From: Candidatus Eiseniibacteriota bacterium | Lineage (GTDB): Bacteria > Arandabacterota > Arandabacteria > Arandabacterales > Arandabacteraceae | Direction of reading: 5' to 3' | Length of the DNA stretch: 64,000 nucleotides | Assembly: GCA_043810925.1 (NCBI GenBank) | Contig: JBDRNT010000161.1 | Span: forward strand, 1 to 64,000 | Shown: piece after piece, positions 1-8,214 of the stretch | Position numbering within the stretch: position 1 is the first letter of the stretch | Layout of the letters: the number at the start of each line of letters is the position of its first letter | Program-made: the position numbers and the translations under genes | The notes under the pieces: generated by a model | Database searches by the model: none | Told to the model about the DNA's origin: nothing | Seen by the model: the letters and a program-made list of their open reading frames with translations, nothing else

Positions 1-1032
1 CCTGGTGCCACCTTCCTCGGACTGCTTCCTCTTGCTGACCATGTGCTGTAGGAAGAGGAACGAGCCGTCGTTGATGCGCGGCAACCCAGCGCCGAACCGG
101 CCCCCGAAGCCTTGCTCGGAGTGTTCGCGGCGGATCTTGGCCTCTTGCGGTTTCCACTCGACGCCAAACGGTGGATTGGCCAGCATGTAGTCAAACTTCT
201 GGTGCGGGAACTTGTCCTCGGTGAAGCTGTCGCCAAAGGCAATGTTGGCGATCTCCTGGCCCTTGATCAGCATGTCGGAGCCGCAGATGGCATAGGCCTG
301 GGCGTTGTAGTCCTGGCCGAAGACCTCGAGCTGCGCGTCGGGATTCAGTTCTCGAAGGTAGCCCTCGGCAACTGATAGCATCCCCCCCGTACCGCATGCA
401 GGATCGTAAAGGGTCTTAACGATACCCTTCGTAGTCAAGACATCATTGTCCGGGAGAAACAGGAGGTTCACCATCAGGCGGATTACCTCACGCGGTGTGA
501 AGTGATCGCCGGCCTCTTCGTTGCTTGCCTCGTTGAATCGCCTGATCAACTCCTCGAAGATATAGCCCATCTCGATATTGGACACCACGTCCGGATGAAG
601 ATCGATCTCACAGAACTTCGAGACCACCAGGTAGAGCCTATCAGCCTTGTCGAGTTTGGCGATATGTTCCTCAAAGCCGAAGTGATCGACGATCTCCCGT
701 GCGAGGCTTGAGAAGCCCTTGATGAAGTGGGTCAGGTTGGCAGCTATGTTGTTGGGATCACCCTTAAGCTTCTCAAACGTGAAGCGGCTTGTGTTGTGGA
801 AGCTCTGGCCGGCCGCTCTGCTGAGGATCCGATCGAGGTTCTTGACCTTACTCCCCGTCATAGCTTTCCGCCTCGCCAACACCTTATCCTTGGTCGGTTC
901 CAGAACACAGTCCAGACGCCGAAGCACCGTCATGGGTAGCATCACGTCCTTATACTGGTTGGGCCGGTACGGGCCGCGGAGGAGATCGGCCACCGACCAG
1001 ATGAAGATTACCTTCTCACCGAAGTTTTTCAC
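1..1032 (-). CDS. hsdM: Type I restriction-modification system M subunit (N6-adenine methyltransferase), 3' truncated by the window edge
   Basis: My own minus-strand translation from GTG at 1032 (absent from the ORF track because it has no stop in the window): ..FIWSVADLLRGPY..LPMTVLRRLDC..EEAGDHFTPREVIRLM..LYDPACGTGGML..DYMLANPPFG. Contains motif I (DPACGTGG), motif IV (NPPF) and the HsdM N-terminal signature. Confidence 0.93.
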   Translation of the reverse strand, partial: MKNFGEKVIFIWSVADLLRGPYRPNQYKDVMLPMTVLRRLDCVLEPTKDKVLARRKAMTGSKVKNLDRILSRAAGQSFHNTSRFTFEKLKGDPNNIAANLTHFIKGFSSLAREIVDHFGFEEHIAKLDKADRLYLVVSKFCEIDLHPDVVSNIEMGYIFEELIRRFNEASNEEAGDHFTPREVIRLMVNLLFLPDNDVLTTKGIVKTLYDPACGTGGMLSVAEGYLRELNPDAQLEVFGQDYNAQAYAICGSDMLIKGQEIANIAFGDSFTEDKFPHQKFDYMLANPPFGVEWKPQEAKIRREHSEQGFGGRFGAGLPRINDGSFLFLQHMVSKRKQSEEGGTR

Positions 1033-1286
1033 TTGCGTTTCCTCTTTGATCCGCCGAGCCTTGGGGGCAGTCTGAGGGCTCCCTGTTCGGTCATTCTCCC
1101 GCAGAATGCGTCGAGCTGCGCTATGGCAAGTCGTGACGGGCGCGTGCGGCCAGTTTCCCAGCGGTTCACGGTGGCAAAGCTCACACCCAACTCCCGTGCG
1201 AGATCTTCCTGGCTGAGGTCCAGTTGCTTTCGGACCTCCTTCACCAATTCACGGTAATCTCTCTTCCTTGGTATCATCAAGCCCAC
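1029..1286 (-). CDS. XRE-family helix-turn-helix regulator (controller-protein-like)
   Basis: VRKQLDLSQEDLARELGVSFATVNRWETGRTRPS is a typical HTH_3. Its TGA overlaps the hsdM GTG (GTGA). The true start may be the ATG near 1277. Confidence 0.88.
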   Translation of the reverse strand: MGLMIPRKRDYRELVKEVRKQLDLSQEDLARELGVSFATVNRWETGRTRPSRLAIAQLDAFCGRMTEQGALRLPPRLGGSKRKRK

Positions 1287-1333
1287 TCTGCCTCTTGGTA
1301 ATCGTGCTCCTGAATCAGCTGCTCACGGAACAC

Positions 1334-1362
1334 AGGTTATAACACTTGTGACGGTGAGTCAA
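1334..1362 (-). promoter_or_regulatory. Sigma70-like promoter of the XRE-hsdM operon, with a TGAC-N5-GTCA inverted repeat over the -35 box
   Basis: Minus strand TTGACT-17 bp-TAACCT (TATAAC also present). The TGACTCACCGTCA palindrome overlaps -35. Confidence 0.55.
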
Positions 1363-1402
1363 ACCAAATCGGCCCGGTGGGTTGCATGCCGGACCATCGG
1401 TC

Positions 1403-1476
1403 CGTCGGGCACAGAAACCCGAGGCTACACGGAAATATGCAACGTGGCGATATGTCGGCACAGGGACCCGCGCTAC
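1403..1476 (-). repeat. Two GTAG-type REP-like palindromes
   Basis: Minus strand GTAGCCTCGGGTTTCTGTGCCCGACG (1428-1403) and GTAGCGCGGGTCCCTGTGCCGAC (1476-1454). Both resemble the copy at 4625-4650. Confidence 0.6.
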
Positions 1477-3455
1477 CGGCGCTGCAGCCTGCGGATCCGA
1501 GTTTTCTGGATGACGTAGGCCAGACCATAGATCACTATCCCCACAAGGTACATGTAGTATCTGATGCTATAGTCGAGATTGAAGATCCTGGTCACGATCG
1601 CAGGATAGAAGAGGATCACCGATGCCGCCAGGTAGAAAGGAATCTCGTACCACTTGTTCTTAACGATGAACCAGCCCTGGACCGCGTTCGTGAAGGCAAA
1701 CGCTCCAAGTGCCGCCATCGCGAAGATCAAGAGCGCCTGGGTGAAGCTCTTTACGCCATGAAGCACAAGCTCTGCATTAAAAACGAACATGAAGGGAATC
1801 ACGGCTGTTCTGAGGTCATACATGAAACCCTTTATCCCCGTCTTAATAGGATCCGACTTGGCAATCGCAGCGGCGGCATAGGCCGCAAGCCCTACCGGCG
1901 GGGTGTCATCGGCAAGAATACCGAAGTAGAAGCAGAAAAGATGGGCGGCTATCGCGGGGATGAGAGCTATCCCACTCACCGTGCTCAGCTTTACTATCAC
2001 GGGCACGGTAATCGATGCCATCACGATATATGTTGCGGTCGTGGGTAGCCCCATTCCTATGACGAGGCTTGCAACAGCTGTGATGGAAAGCAGAACGAAG
2101 ATGTTGCCGCCCGAGACGACCTCCACTACCTGAACGATCAGACTGCCTATACCGAGATTGACTATGCCTACGACGATGCCCGCAGTGGCCGTCGCGATCG
2201 CCACGGGAAGCATGTTTCTCGATCCCGCCACAAGACCCGAGCTGATTGTTCCAATGCCCTGTGCCAGAGCCCTCCCAATGCTCGTCTCCCCACGCAGGAC
2301 TCGGACCGCCTCCTTACCCATAATGATCATGACCAGGACCACTATGGCGTTAAATGCCGCAAGCTTCGGAGTGTGCCGCGTCACAATCAACTCGTATATG
2401 AGGACAATAAGCGGCACGAGATAGTAGAACCCCTGTCTCATCACCGTCAGAAAGGCCGGGATCTCAGCCCTGGGTAAGCCCTTCATGCCGAGCTTCGAAG
2501 CCTCGAGGTGGGTGATGTAAAAGAGAGCGAAGTAGGAGACAAAGGCCGGGATGGCTGCCGCCTTCACGACATCGAGATACGGTATGCCCAGGTATTCTGC
2601 GATGATAAATGCGGCCGCACCCATGATAGGCGGCATCAGCTGCCCGTTTGTGCTGGCCGCCACCTCGGTGGCCGCCGCGATCTCTGCGGGATAGCCGACC
2701 TTCTTCATCAGGGGGATCGTGAAGGTGCCCGTGGTCACGACGTTGGCAATGCTCGATCCTGAGACAAGCCCGGTGAGCCCGCTGGATACAACAGCGGCTT
2801 TGGCGGGTCCCCCCTTGTACCTGCCCAACAGTGAGATCGCAAGGTTGTTGTAGAAACGCCCCGCCCCGGCCTTGTCGAGCATCGATCCTAAGAGCACAAA
2901 GAGGAAGACCGTGTTGGCGGACACATCAAGCGGTATACCGTAGATGCCTTCGGTAGAGAGCGCGACCTGGCTTGCGTACTTCTCAAGCGAGACCCCACGG
3001 AACGCGAGGATCTGCGGCATGTAAGGACCCAGGAAAGCATAGACCGTGAATATTACCGCTATCGCTCCGAGGGCCGGTCCGATCACACGGCGTGACGCCT
3101 CGAGTATCAGGATCACCAGTACGACACTCAGCACAATATCCCTTCCGGTCGGGATACCCGCTCGCATGGAAATGTCAGTCCAGTCGAAGACGATGTAAAG
3201 AACAGTGAGGCATCCGATGCCGGCCAGAATATAATCAATGAAATGGATGCGATCGGCCGGGCCGGTGCGTTTGTGACGCCTGACGGACAGTGTGAAGAAG
3301 ATCAGGATCACCGCCAGGGCCAGGTGTATAGCCCTCACGGTTATGCTGTCCAGGATAATGAAGCGCGGCAGTGCAAGTTGAAAGAGGGCCCACACCAGAG
3401 ATACGACCCAGACCATCGCCCTCTCTATGTGGAACCTCTCAGGTGCGGGCACCAT
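1473..3455 (-). CDS. TRAP transporter fused 4TM/12TM permease (TAXI type)
   Basis: 660 aa polytopic protein with GGPAKAAVVSS, SGSSIANVVTTGTFTIPLM, GQLMPPIMGAAAF, GMGLPTTATY and DDTPPVGLAAYAAA motifs. Confidence 0.95.
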   Translation of the reverse strand: MVPAPERFHIERAMVWVVSLVWALFQLALPRFIILDSITVRAIHLALAVILIFFTLSVRRHKRTGPADRIHFIDYILAGIGCLTVLYIVFDWTDISMRAGIPTGRDIVLSVVLVILILEASRRVIGPALGAIAVIFTVYAFLGPYMPQILAFRGVSLEKYASQVALSTEGIYGIPLDVSANTVFLFVLLGSMLDKAGAGRFYNNLAISLLGRYKGGPAKAAVVSSGLTGLVSGSSIANVVTTGTFTIPLMKKVGYPAEIAAATEVAASTNGQLMPPIMGAAAFIIAEYLGIPYLDVVKAAAIPAFVSYFALFYITHLEASKLGMKGLPRAEIPAFLTVMRQGFYYLVPLIVLIYELIVTRHTPKLAAFNAIVVLVMIIMGKEAVRVLRGETSIGRALAQGIGTISSGLVAGSRNMLPVAIATATAGIVVGIVNLGIGSLIVQVVEVVSGGNIFVLLSITAVASLVIGMGLPTTATYIVMASITVPVIVKLSTVSGIALIPAIAAHLFCFYFGILADDTPPVGLAAYAAAAIAKSDPIKTGIKGFMYDLRTAVIPFMFVFNAELVLHGVKSFTQALLIFAMAALGAFAFTNAVQGWFIVKNKWYEIPFYLAASVILFYPAIVTRIFNLDYSIRYYMYLVGIVIYGLAYVIQKTRIRRLQRR

Positions 3456-3477
3456 CCGACCTCCGGATAGTCGACGC

Positions 3478-4470
3478 TTACTCGATGATCAGCGCCGGGT
3501 CTATGTTGCCGATCAGTCCGGCCTCCCTGTAGTATTTCAGAGCCCCCCTGTGAATCGGCGCAGAGAGTCCCTCAAGCATATTGGCGGGGGTAAGTACCTC
3601 ATAGGCCGGATGAAGCGTCCGGAAGTCCTCCAGGTTTTCAAAGACTTCTCTGGTTATCGCATAGACGATATCTTCGCTGACATTTCTCGATGTGACGAAG
3701 GTCGCCTTGACGCCTATGGTCCGGATGTCTTCCTTGTTCAAAGCATAGGGATAGAACGACTGAGGTATCACCGATACCGCGTAGTACGGAAACTCCCGCA
3801 AGAGATTTTCTATCCCTGCTCCCCTGATAGGCACAATGCGGACCTTGATCCTGCCCGATGTGGCCTCCTTTATGTTCCCGTTGGGGTGCCCGACGGTATA
3901 GAAAAAGGCGTCCAGTCGCTCATCTTGTAAAAGACCCGGGGCTTCCACCGCTTTAACATACTCTGCGGCTATTTCATCTTCGGTAATCCCCACGGCCGCC
4001 AGCACATCCTTCGAGTTCTGGAGCTGCCCTGAGCCGGGATTACCCAGGTTGACTCTCTTGCCTTTGAGATCGGTTATGTCAATGATACCGCTCTCACCCG
4101 CTGCGACCAGCGTGATCGACTCCGGATGGATGGCGAACACCGATCTCAGATCGGTCTGCCTGCCGGCGTCGGCCCATTCGGCCAGTCCATGATACGCCTG
4201 GTACTGCCTGTCCGACTGCGCCACGCCGAATTCGAGGTCGCCGCTTATCACCGAATTGACGTTGAATACCGAGCCGCTTGTCGATTCGACCGTGGCCTTG
4301 ATCTTATACGTATCGAATTTCTGGTTGATCATCCGGCTGATGGCGCCACCGGTCGGATAGTAGACCCCTGTCACCCCCCCGGTGCCTATGGTCACAAAGA
4401 TGGCTTTCCGGTCCGCACATCCGACCATGAGCAAACCGACGACCACCAGGATCGCTGTAATCCGTTTCAT
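3478..4470 (-). CDS. TAXI-family TRAP solute-binding lipoprotein
   Basis: Lipobox LMVGC; IGTGGVTGVYYPTG, STSGSVFN, GNPGSG and PIHRGALKYY motifs; RBS GAAGGAGG before the ATG at 4470. Confidence 0.95.
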   Translation of the reverse strand: MKRITAILVVVGLLMVGCADRKAIFVTIGTGGVTGVYYPTGGAISRMINQKFDTYKIKATVESTSGSVFNVNSVISGDLEFGVAQSDRQYQAYHGLAEWADAGRQTDLRSVFAIHPESITLVAAGESGIIDITDLKGKRVNLGNPGSGQLQNSKDVLAAVGITEDEIAAEYVKAVEAPGLLQDERLDAFFYTVGHPNGNIKEATSGRIKVRIVPIRGAGIENLLREFPYYAVSVIPQSFYPYALNKEDIRTIGVKATFVTSRNVSEDIVYAITREVFENLEDFRTLHPAYEVLTPANMLEGLSAPIHRGALKYYREAGLIGNIDPALIIE

Positions 4471-4578
4471 GCCGTGTCCTCCTTCACCCAACCATTCTGG
4501 AAGCTTGCAATCGGTGAGATTGTACTACAGATGGCCTGAAGCGCTCTATGGTTTTCGAAGCGGAGGATGCCGGCTATT

Positions 4579-4673
4579 GTCGGGGATGGAACCCCGACCC
4601 TGCGGCATGTTCTCATGTTTCCTCGTAGCGGCGGGTCTCCATGCCCGGCGAAATAGGGTGCCTGTCCCCCTTT
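4579..4673. repeat. Cluster of REP-like palindromes
   Basis: GCAGGGTCGGGGTTCCATCCCCGAC (minus, 4603-4579), GTAGCGGCGGGTCTCCATGCCCGGCG (plus, 4625-4650) and GGTGCCTGTCCCCCTTTAT (about 4657-4675). Confidence 0.55.
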
Positions 4674-6078
4674 ATTCGCCGGTTCGTTCGTTACGATCCG
4701 TGCGGCCGTCCTTGTAGATCCCCACCACGGCGGTTGGCCTGCCGGTATCGTCGGTCTCCACCTTCAGGCGGAAGTAGCCGATCCCATCAAACATGAATGT
4801 GTCTTCGGACATCGGGATCATCTTAAACCTCGGACGCCCCTCACGCTCATAATAGAGGTCGCCTCCCTCACAGATGATGCTGCGCGGGCCGTAGACCCCG
4901 GCGTACTTCTGCATGGTCGCAGGATCGAGCGATACCGGATTGTTCCCGGCCGTGACCGTCGCGATCGCCCACTTAAGATCCTGCTTGCGCTCCTCATCTG
5001 TCGCTCGCTCCGCCAGCTTCGCCATGGCATCGAGATGGGCGGTCGCAAGCGCTTCGCTCTCCGGGACCTCGATATGAGGTTCTATCCCGGTCCCTTCCCA
5101 GTTGGTACCGGTTATGGGATTGACGGCACGCCCGAACGGCAAGGACATACTGACCTTGAGATCTGCGAAGCGGACGAATCTCACGGGATGCGCGCCCCCT
5201 CCCGTCGTCTCACCAACAATGGTCGCACGCTCGAGGTTCTTCATGTTGTAGGTAAACTCCTCGGCGGCCGAGAATGTACGGCTGCTTGTAAGCACATAGA
5301 GGTCAACGTCCGTCATCCGGGGACCCTCGACATAAGCCTGGCTCCAGAACTGCTTGGTCTCATCTTTGTCACGGATGTAGAAGCTGTTGAGATGCACGGG
5401 TTCGTCGAAGAAGTAACTTGATATCAGCTGGATCATGCTCGGGCTACCACCACCGTTGTTTCTTAAGTCGATGATTATGGCATCGCAGTTCGCCAGAAAG
5501 TTCATGGCCGCTACCGCGGTCTCGCCTCCCCACCTGGCATCGTTGAAACCCTGGAGATCAAGATACCCGACGTTTCCCGGCATCCGCTCAAGTCTCATAA
5601 AGCCGAAGTTCATGTAGGCAAGGCGTTCCCTGATCTCGCGCTCCTCGTCCTCTGTCAGTGAATCACGGGCGGCCACCTCGAAGGGGCTCTCTTCGGGTGA
5701 GTACCGGACGGAAAGGTGTTTGTCCTTGGCAATCTCAAAGAGATCTGCACTCAGCTGGTTCGCGAAGTCATCGTAGGTCGTAAGATTCTGATAAGCCTTG
5801 GTCTTGAGATTGTGTCTTATCTGTTTTTCCATCTTCCTGGCGACGTCAGGGAATACATAGACGTCGTTGAGTGCCTTGGACACACTGTCGATGATGGCAG
5901 CCTTGGTATTCTGATCGATGCTTTCGCTTGTTCCCTGCCGGACCATGACCTGCTGGCAGACGGCAGAATCTGCGCCAAGGAAGACAAGCACGAGGCCGAG
6001 GACCACGCTCACCAGCAACAGTCGCGTTACGAGGAAACACCGTATTCCGACGGATTGACATTCAACGTATGCATGCAT
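4672..6078 (-). CDS. Secreted S41-family peptidase (IRBP-like)
   Basis: Signal peptide; IIIDLRNNGGGSP, TFSAAEEF and IVGETTGGGAHP; NWEGTGIEPHI. Confidence 0.92.
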   Translation of the reverse strand: MHAYVECQSVGIRCFLVTRLLLVSVVLGLVLVFLGADSAVCQQVMVRQGTSESIDQNTKAAIIDSVSKALNDVYVFPDVARKMEKQIRHNLKTKAYQNLTTYDDFANQLSADLFEIAKDKHLSVRYSPEESPFEVAARDSLTEDEEREIRERLAYMNFGFMRLERMPGNVGYLDLQGFNDARWGGETAVAAMNFLANCDAIIIDLRNNGGGSPSMIQLISSYFFDEPVHLNSFYIRDKDETKQFWSQAYVEGPRMTDVDLYVLTSSRTFSAAEEFTYNMKNLERATIVGETTGGGAHPVRFVRFADLKVSMSLPFGRAVNPITGTNWEGTGIEPHIEVPESEALATAHLDAMAKLAERATDEERKQDLKWAIATVTAGNNPVSLDPATMQKYAGVYGPRSIICEGGDLYYEREGRPRFKMIPMSEDTFMFDGIGYFRLKVETDDTGRPTAVVGIYKDGRTDRNERTGE

Positions 6079-6183
6079 TCAACCCTCTCCTTTCCGAAAT
6101 CGATCAGGGGCCAACAGGGGACAATCGGTACCCCTCGAACTTACGCTCAATCCAGTGGTTCCACCAGCAAAACCTGCCCCACC

Positions 6184-6308
6184 ATACAAATAGACAACCT
6201 GACCCTCGATAAAGTTGCAAGTACTTCGGGGTCAGAGCTAGAAAATTGCATGCTTGCCGGATCGTACTCGATCGACGGCAGGACCCGGACTTTTTTAGCT
6301 CTGACCCC
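6184..6308. repeat. GGGGTCAG-terminated inverted-repeat element plus an adjacent half copy
   Basis: GGGGTCAGAGCTAGAAAA (6228) ... TTTTTTAGCTCTGACCCC (6308). Half copy ATACAAATAGACAACCTGACCC at 6184-6205. Confidence 0.65.
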
Positions 6309-6363
6309 ATTAAATCCCCGCGGTGCGCCTTCGCTTTTCACCGGCCCGCCGGTCTCTTTTGCT

Positions 6364-6392
6364 TTGACACGGCGTGGTGACGTATGTACAGT
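6364..6392 (+). promoter_or_regulatory. Sigma70 promoter, probably leaderless transcript
   Basis: TTGACA-17 bp-TACAGT with a TG upstream of -10. The ATG lies 8 nt after -10 and there is no Shine-Dalgarno. Confidence 0.6.
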
Positions 6393-6400
6393 AGTCGGGT

Positions 6401-7513
6401 ATGAGAACTGGATGCCTGTTGATAGTATTGCTGATGGTTCTGGGGTTCAGTGCATTCGCGCAGAGTCCGCCCACCGGTCTCAGTGCCTTCGATACCCCGA
6501 GCGATGAGGGCCAGAGCATAACTCTCAAATGGGAGGGCGAGGAAGACCGCCTGATTAAAGTAATGCGGTCGACCTCGCAGGATGGCGACTACGCGGCCGC
6601 AGGCGAGGCCCTCGCCTCCGACGGTTCCTTCACGGACGGCGGGCTCACCGAGGGAACCGATTACTACTACAGGCTTGCTTATCCTTCCGGCACGGACACC
6701 ATCTACACGGCTGTGGCCGGGCCGGCGACCCCTAAGAGCAACTGGTTCCGAAAACACAGGACCAATACCCTGGTACTTACCGTTCTGATGTTCGTCGCAC
6801 TACTGTCCTATATACACATTGCGAAGAGCGGCAAGGAACTCTACATAAGGCGAATAGCGGGCTTAAGCGCACTCGACGAGTCGGTCGGGAGAGCAACTGA
6901 GATGGGGAAGAAGATCTTCTACATCCCCGGCATCCTGAGCATCAGCGAGATCCAGACCATCGCCAGTCTGTCCATTCTCGGTCATGTTGCAAAGCAGACG
7001 GCCATCTACGGGGCTCAGATAGAGGTCCCGAACATAGATCCCCTTACATTTTCCGCTGCAAGAGAGACCGTCAAACAGGCCTATGCCGAGGCAGGAAAGC
7101 CAGACCAGTACAGTGATGATATGGTTACCTACATAACTTACGATCAGTTCGCCTACGCGGCTGCAGTATCGGGAAAGATGGTGAGAGAGAAGCCCGCGGC
7201 GAATTTCCTGATCGGCTCATTTTTCGCGGAATCCCTGATATTGGCCGAGACCGGTAACAGCATTGGTGCGATTCAGATCGCAGGGACTGCTGATCTCGCC
7301 CAGCTCCCCTTCTTTGTCACCGCCTGTGACTACACGCTGCTCGGTGAAGAGTTGTATGCCGCGAGCGCTTATCTCTCGCGTGAGCCCGTGCTCCTCGGGA
7401 GCATCAAGGCCCAGGATATGGTCAAAGCCGTAATAATGGCGACGATCGCTATAGGTATAGTGCTCTCGGCCTTCGGATCGGACATAATAAGAACGCTGCT
7501 TCTCTCCCACTAA
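6401..7513 (+). CDS. Fibronectin type III + DUF6754 membrane protein
   Basis: Signal peptide, an FN3-like region (DTPSDEGQSITLKW..YYYRL), a TM helix, then IRRIAGLSALDESVGRATEMGK..QLPFFVTACDYTLLGEELYAASAYLS. Confidence 0.8.
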   Translation: MRTGCLLIVLLMVLGFSAFAQSPPTGLSAFDTPSDEGQSITLKWEGEEDRLIKVMRSTSQDGDYAAAGEALASDGSFTDGGLTEGTDYYYRLAYPSGTDTIYTAVAGPATPKSNWFRKHRTNTLVLTVLMFVALLSYIHIAKSGKELYIRRIAGLSALDESVGRATEMGKKIFYIPGILSISEIQTIASLSILGHVAKQTAIYGAQIEVPNIDPLTFSAARETVKQAYAEAGKPDQYSDDMVTYITYDQFAYAAAVSGKMVREKPAANFLIGSFFAESLILAETGNSIGAIQIAGTADLAQLPFFVTACDYTLLGEELYAASAYLSREPVLLGSIKAQDMVKAVIMATIAIGIVLSAFGSDIIRTLLLSH

Positions 7514-8214
7514 GACAGGCTTGAAACAAAGCGGTAGCCTACTCCGTGGACTGTTATGATGTGTCTGGGGTCGGAGGCGTCCTGCTCGATCTTCTGCCTG
7601 AGCTTCGCGACGTGCTGATCGAGTGTTCTCGTAGTACCCTCATACTTGATTCCCCAGACTTCATCAAGTATGAGCGAGCGGTCAACGACCTCGCCGTCGT
7701 GGTCCGCAAAGAACTGCATGAGGTAAACTTCCCGCAAGGTTACGCGGAATTCCTTCTTCCCTTTTCTCCCTGTCAATGTCTTGGGATCGATCCGCACGTT
7801 GCCGAATTCGATCGGGCTGTCGTCTCGCTTTCTCGCGCCGGCCCTGGCCTTTGCACGACGCAACACAGCGCGGACACGGGCCAGGAGCTCATTGACACCG
7901 AAGGGCTTGACGATATAGTCATCCGCACCGATTTCGAGCCCGACAACCTTGTCGACCTCCTGCCCCTTGGCCGTCAGCATGACAATCGGTGTCAATAGAT
8001 CCTTACGGCGTATCTGCTTGCAGACGTCATATCCGCTCTTCTCGGGAATCATGATGTCCAGGAGGATCAGATCCGGCCTCTTGTCCTCATACACACGCAG
8101 GGCCTCGCTGCCGTCCACCGCCGAGCACACGTCAAACCCTTCACCCGCAAGCAGATCGACAAGGCCTGAGAGGATCGCGGCATCGTCTTCTACAACCAGT
8201 ATCTTGTCCTTCAT
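7510..8214 (-). CDS. OmpR/PhoB-family response regulator
   Basis: REC domain (VVEDD, LLDIMIP, GADDYIVKPF) plus winged helix (TRTLDQHVAKLRQKIE, TVHGVGYRF). Confidence 0.96.
   Translation of the reverse strand: MKDKILVVEDDAAILSGLVDLLAGEGFDVCSAVDGSEALRVYEDKRPDLILLDIMIPEKSGYDVCKQIRRKDLLTPIVMLTAKGQEVDKVVGLEIGADDYIVKPFGVNELLARVRAVLRRAKARAGARKRDDSPIEFGNVRIDPKTLTGRKGKKEFRVTLREVYLMQFFADHDGEVVDRSLILDEVWGIKYEGTTRTLDQHVAKLRQKIEQDASDPRHIITVHGVGYRFVSSLS

Noticed and set aside
1290-1470. tRNA or att site at the restriction-modification junction
   Set aside because: No cloverleaf or T-loop motif seen; only REP-like hairpins.
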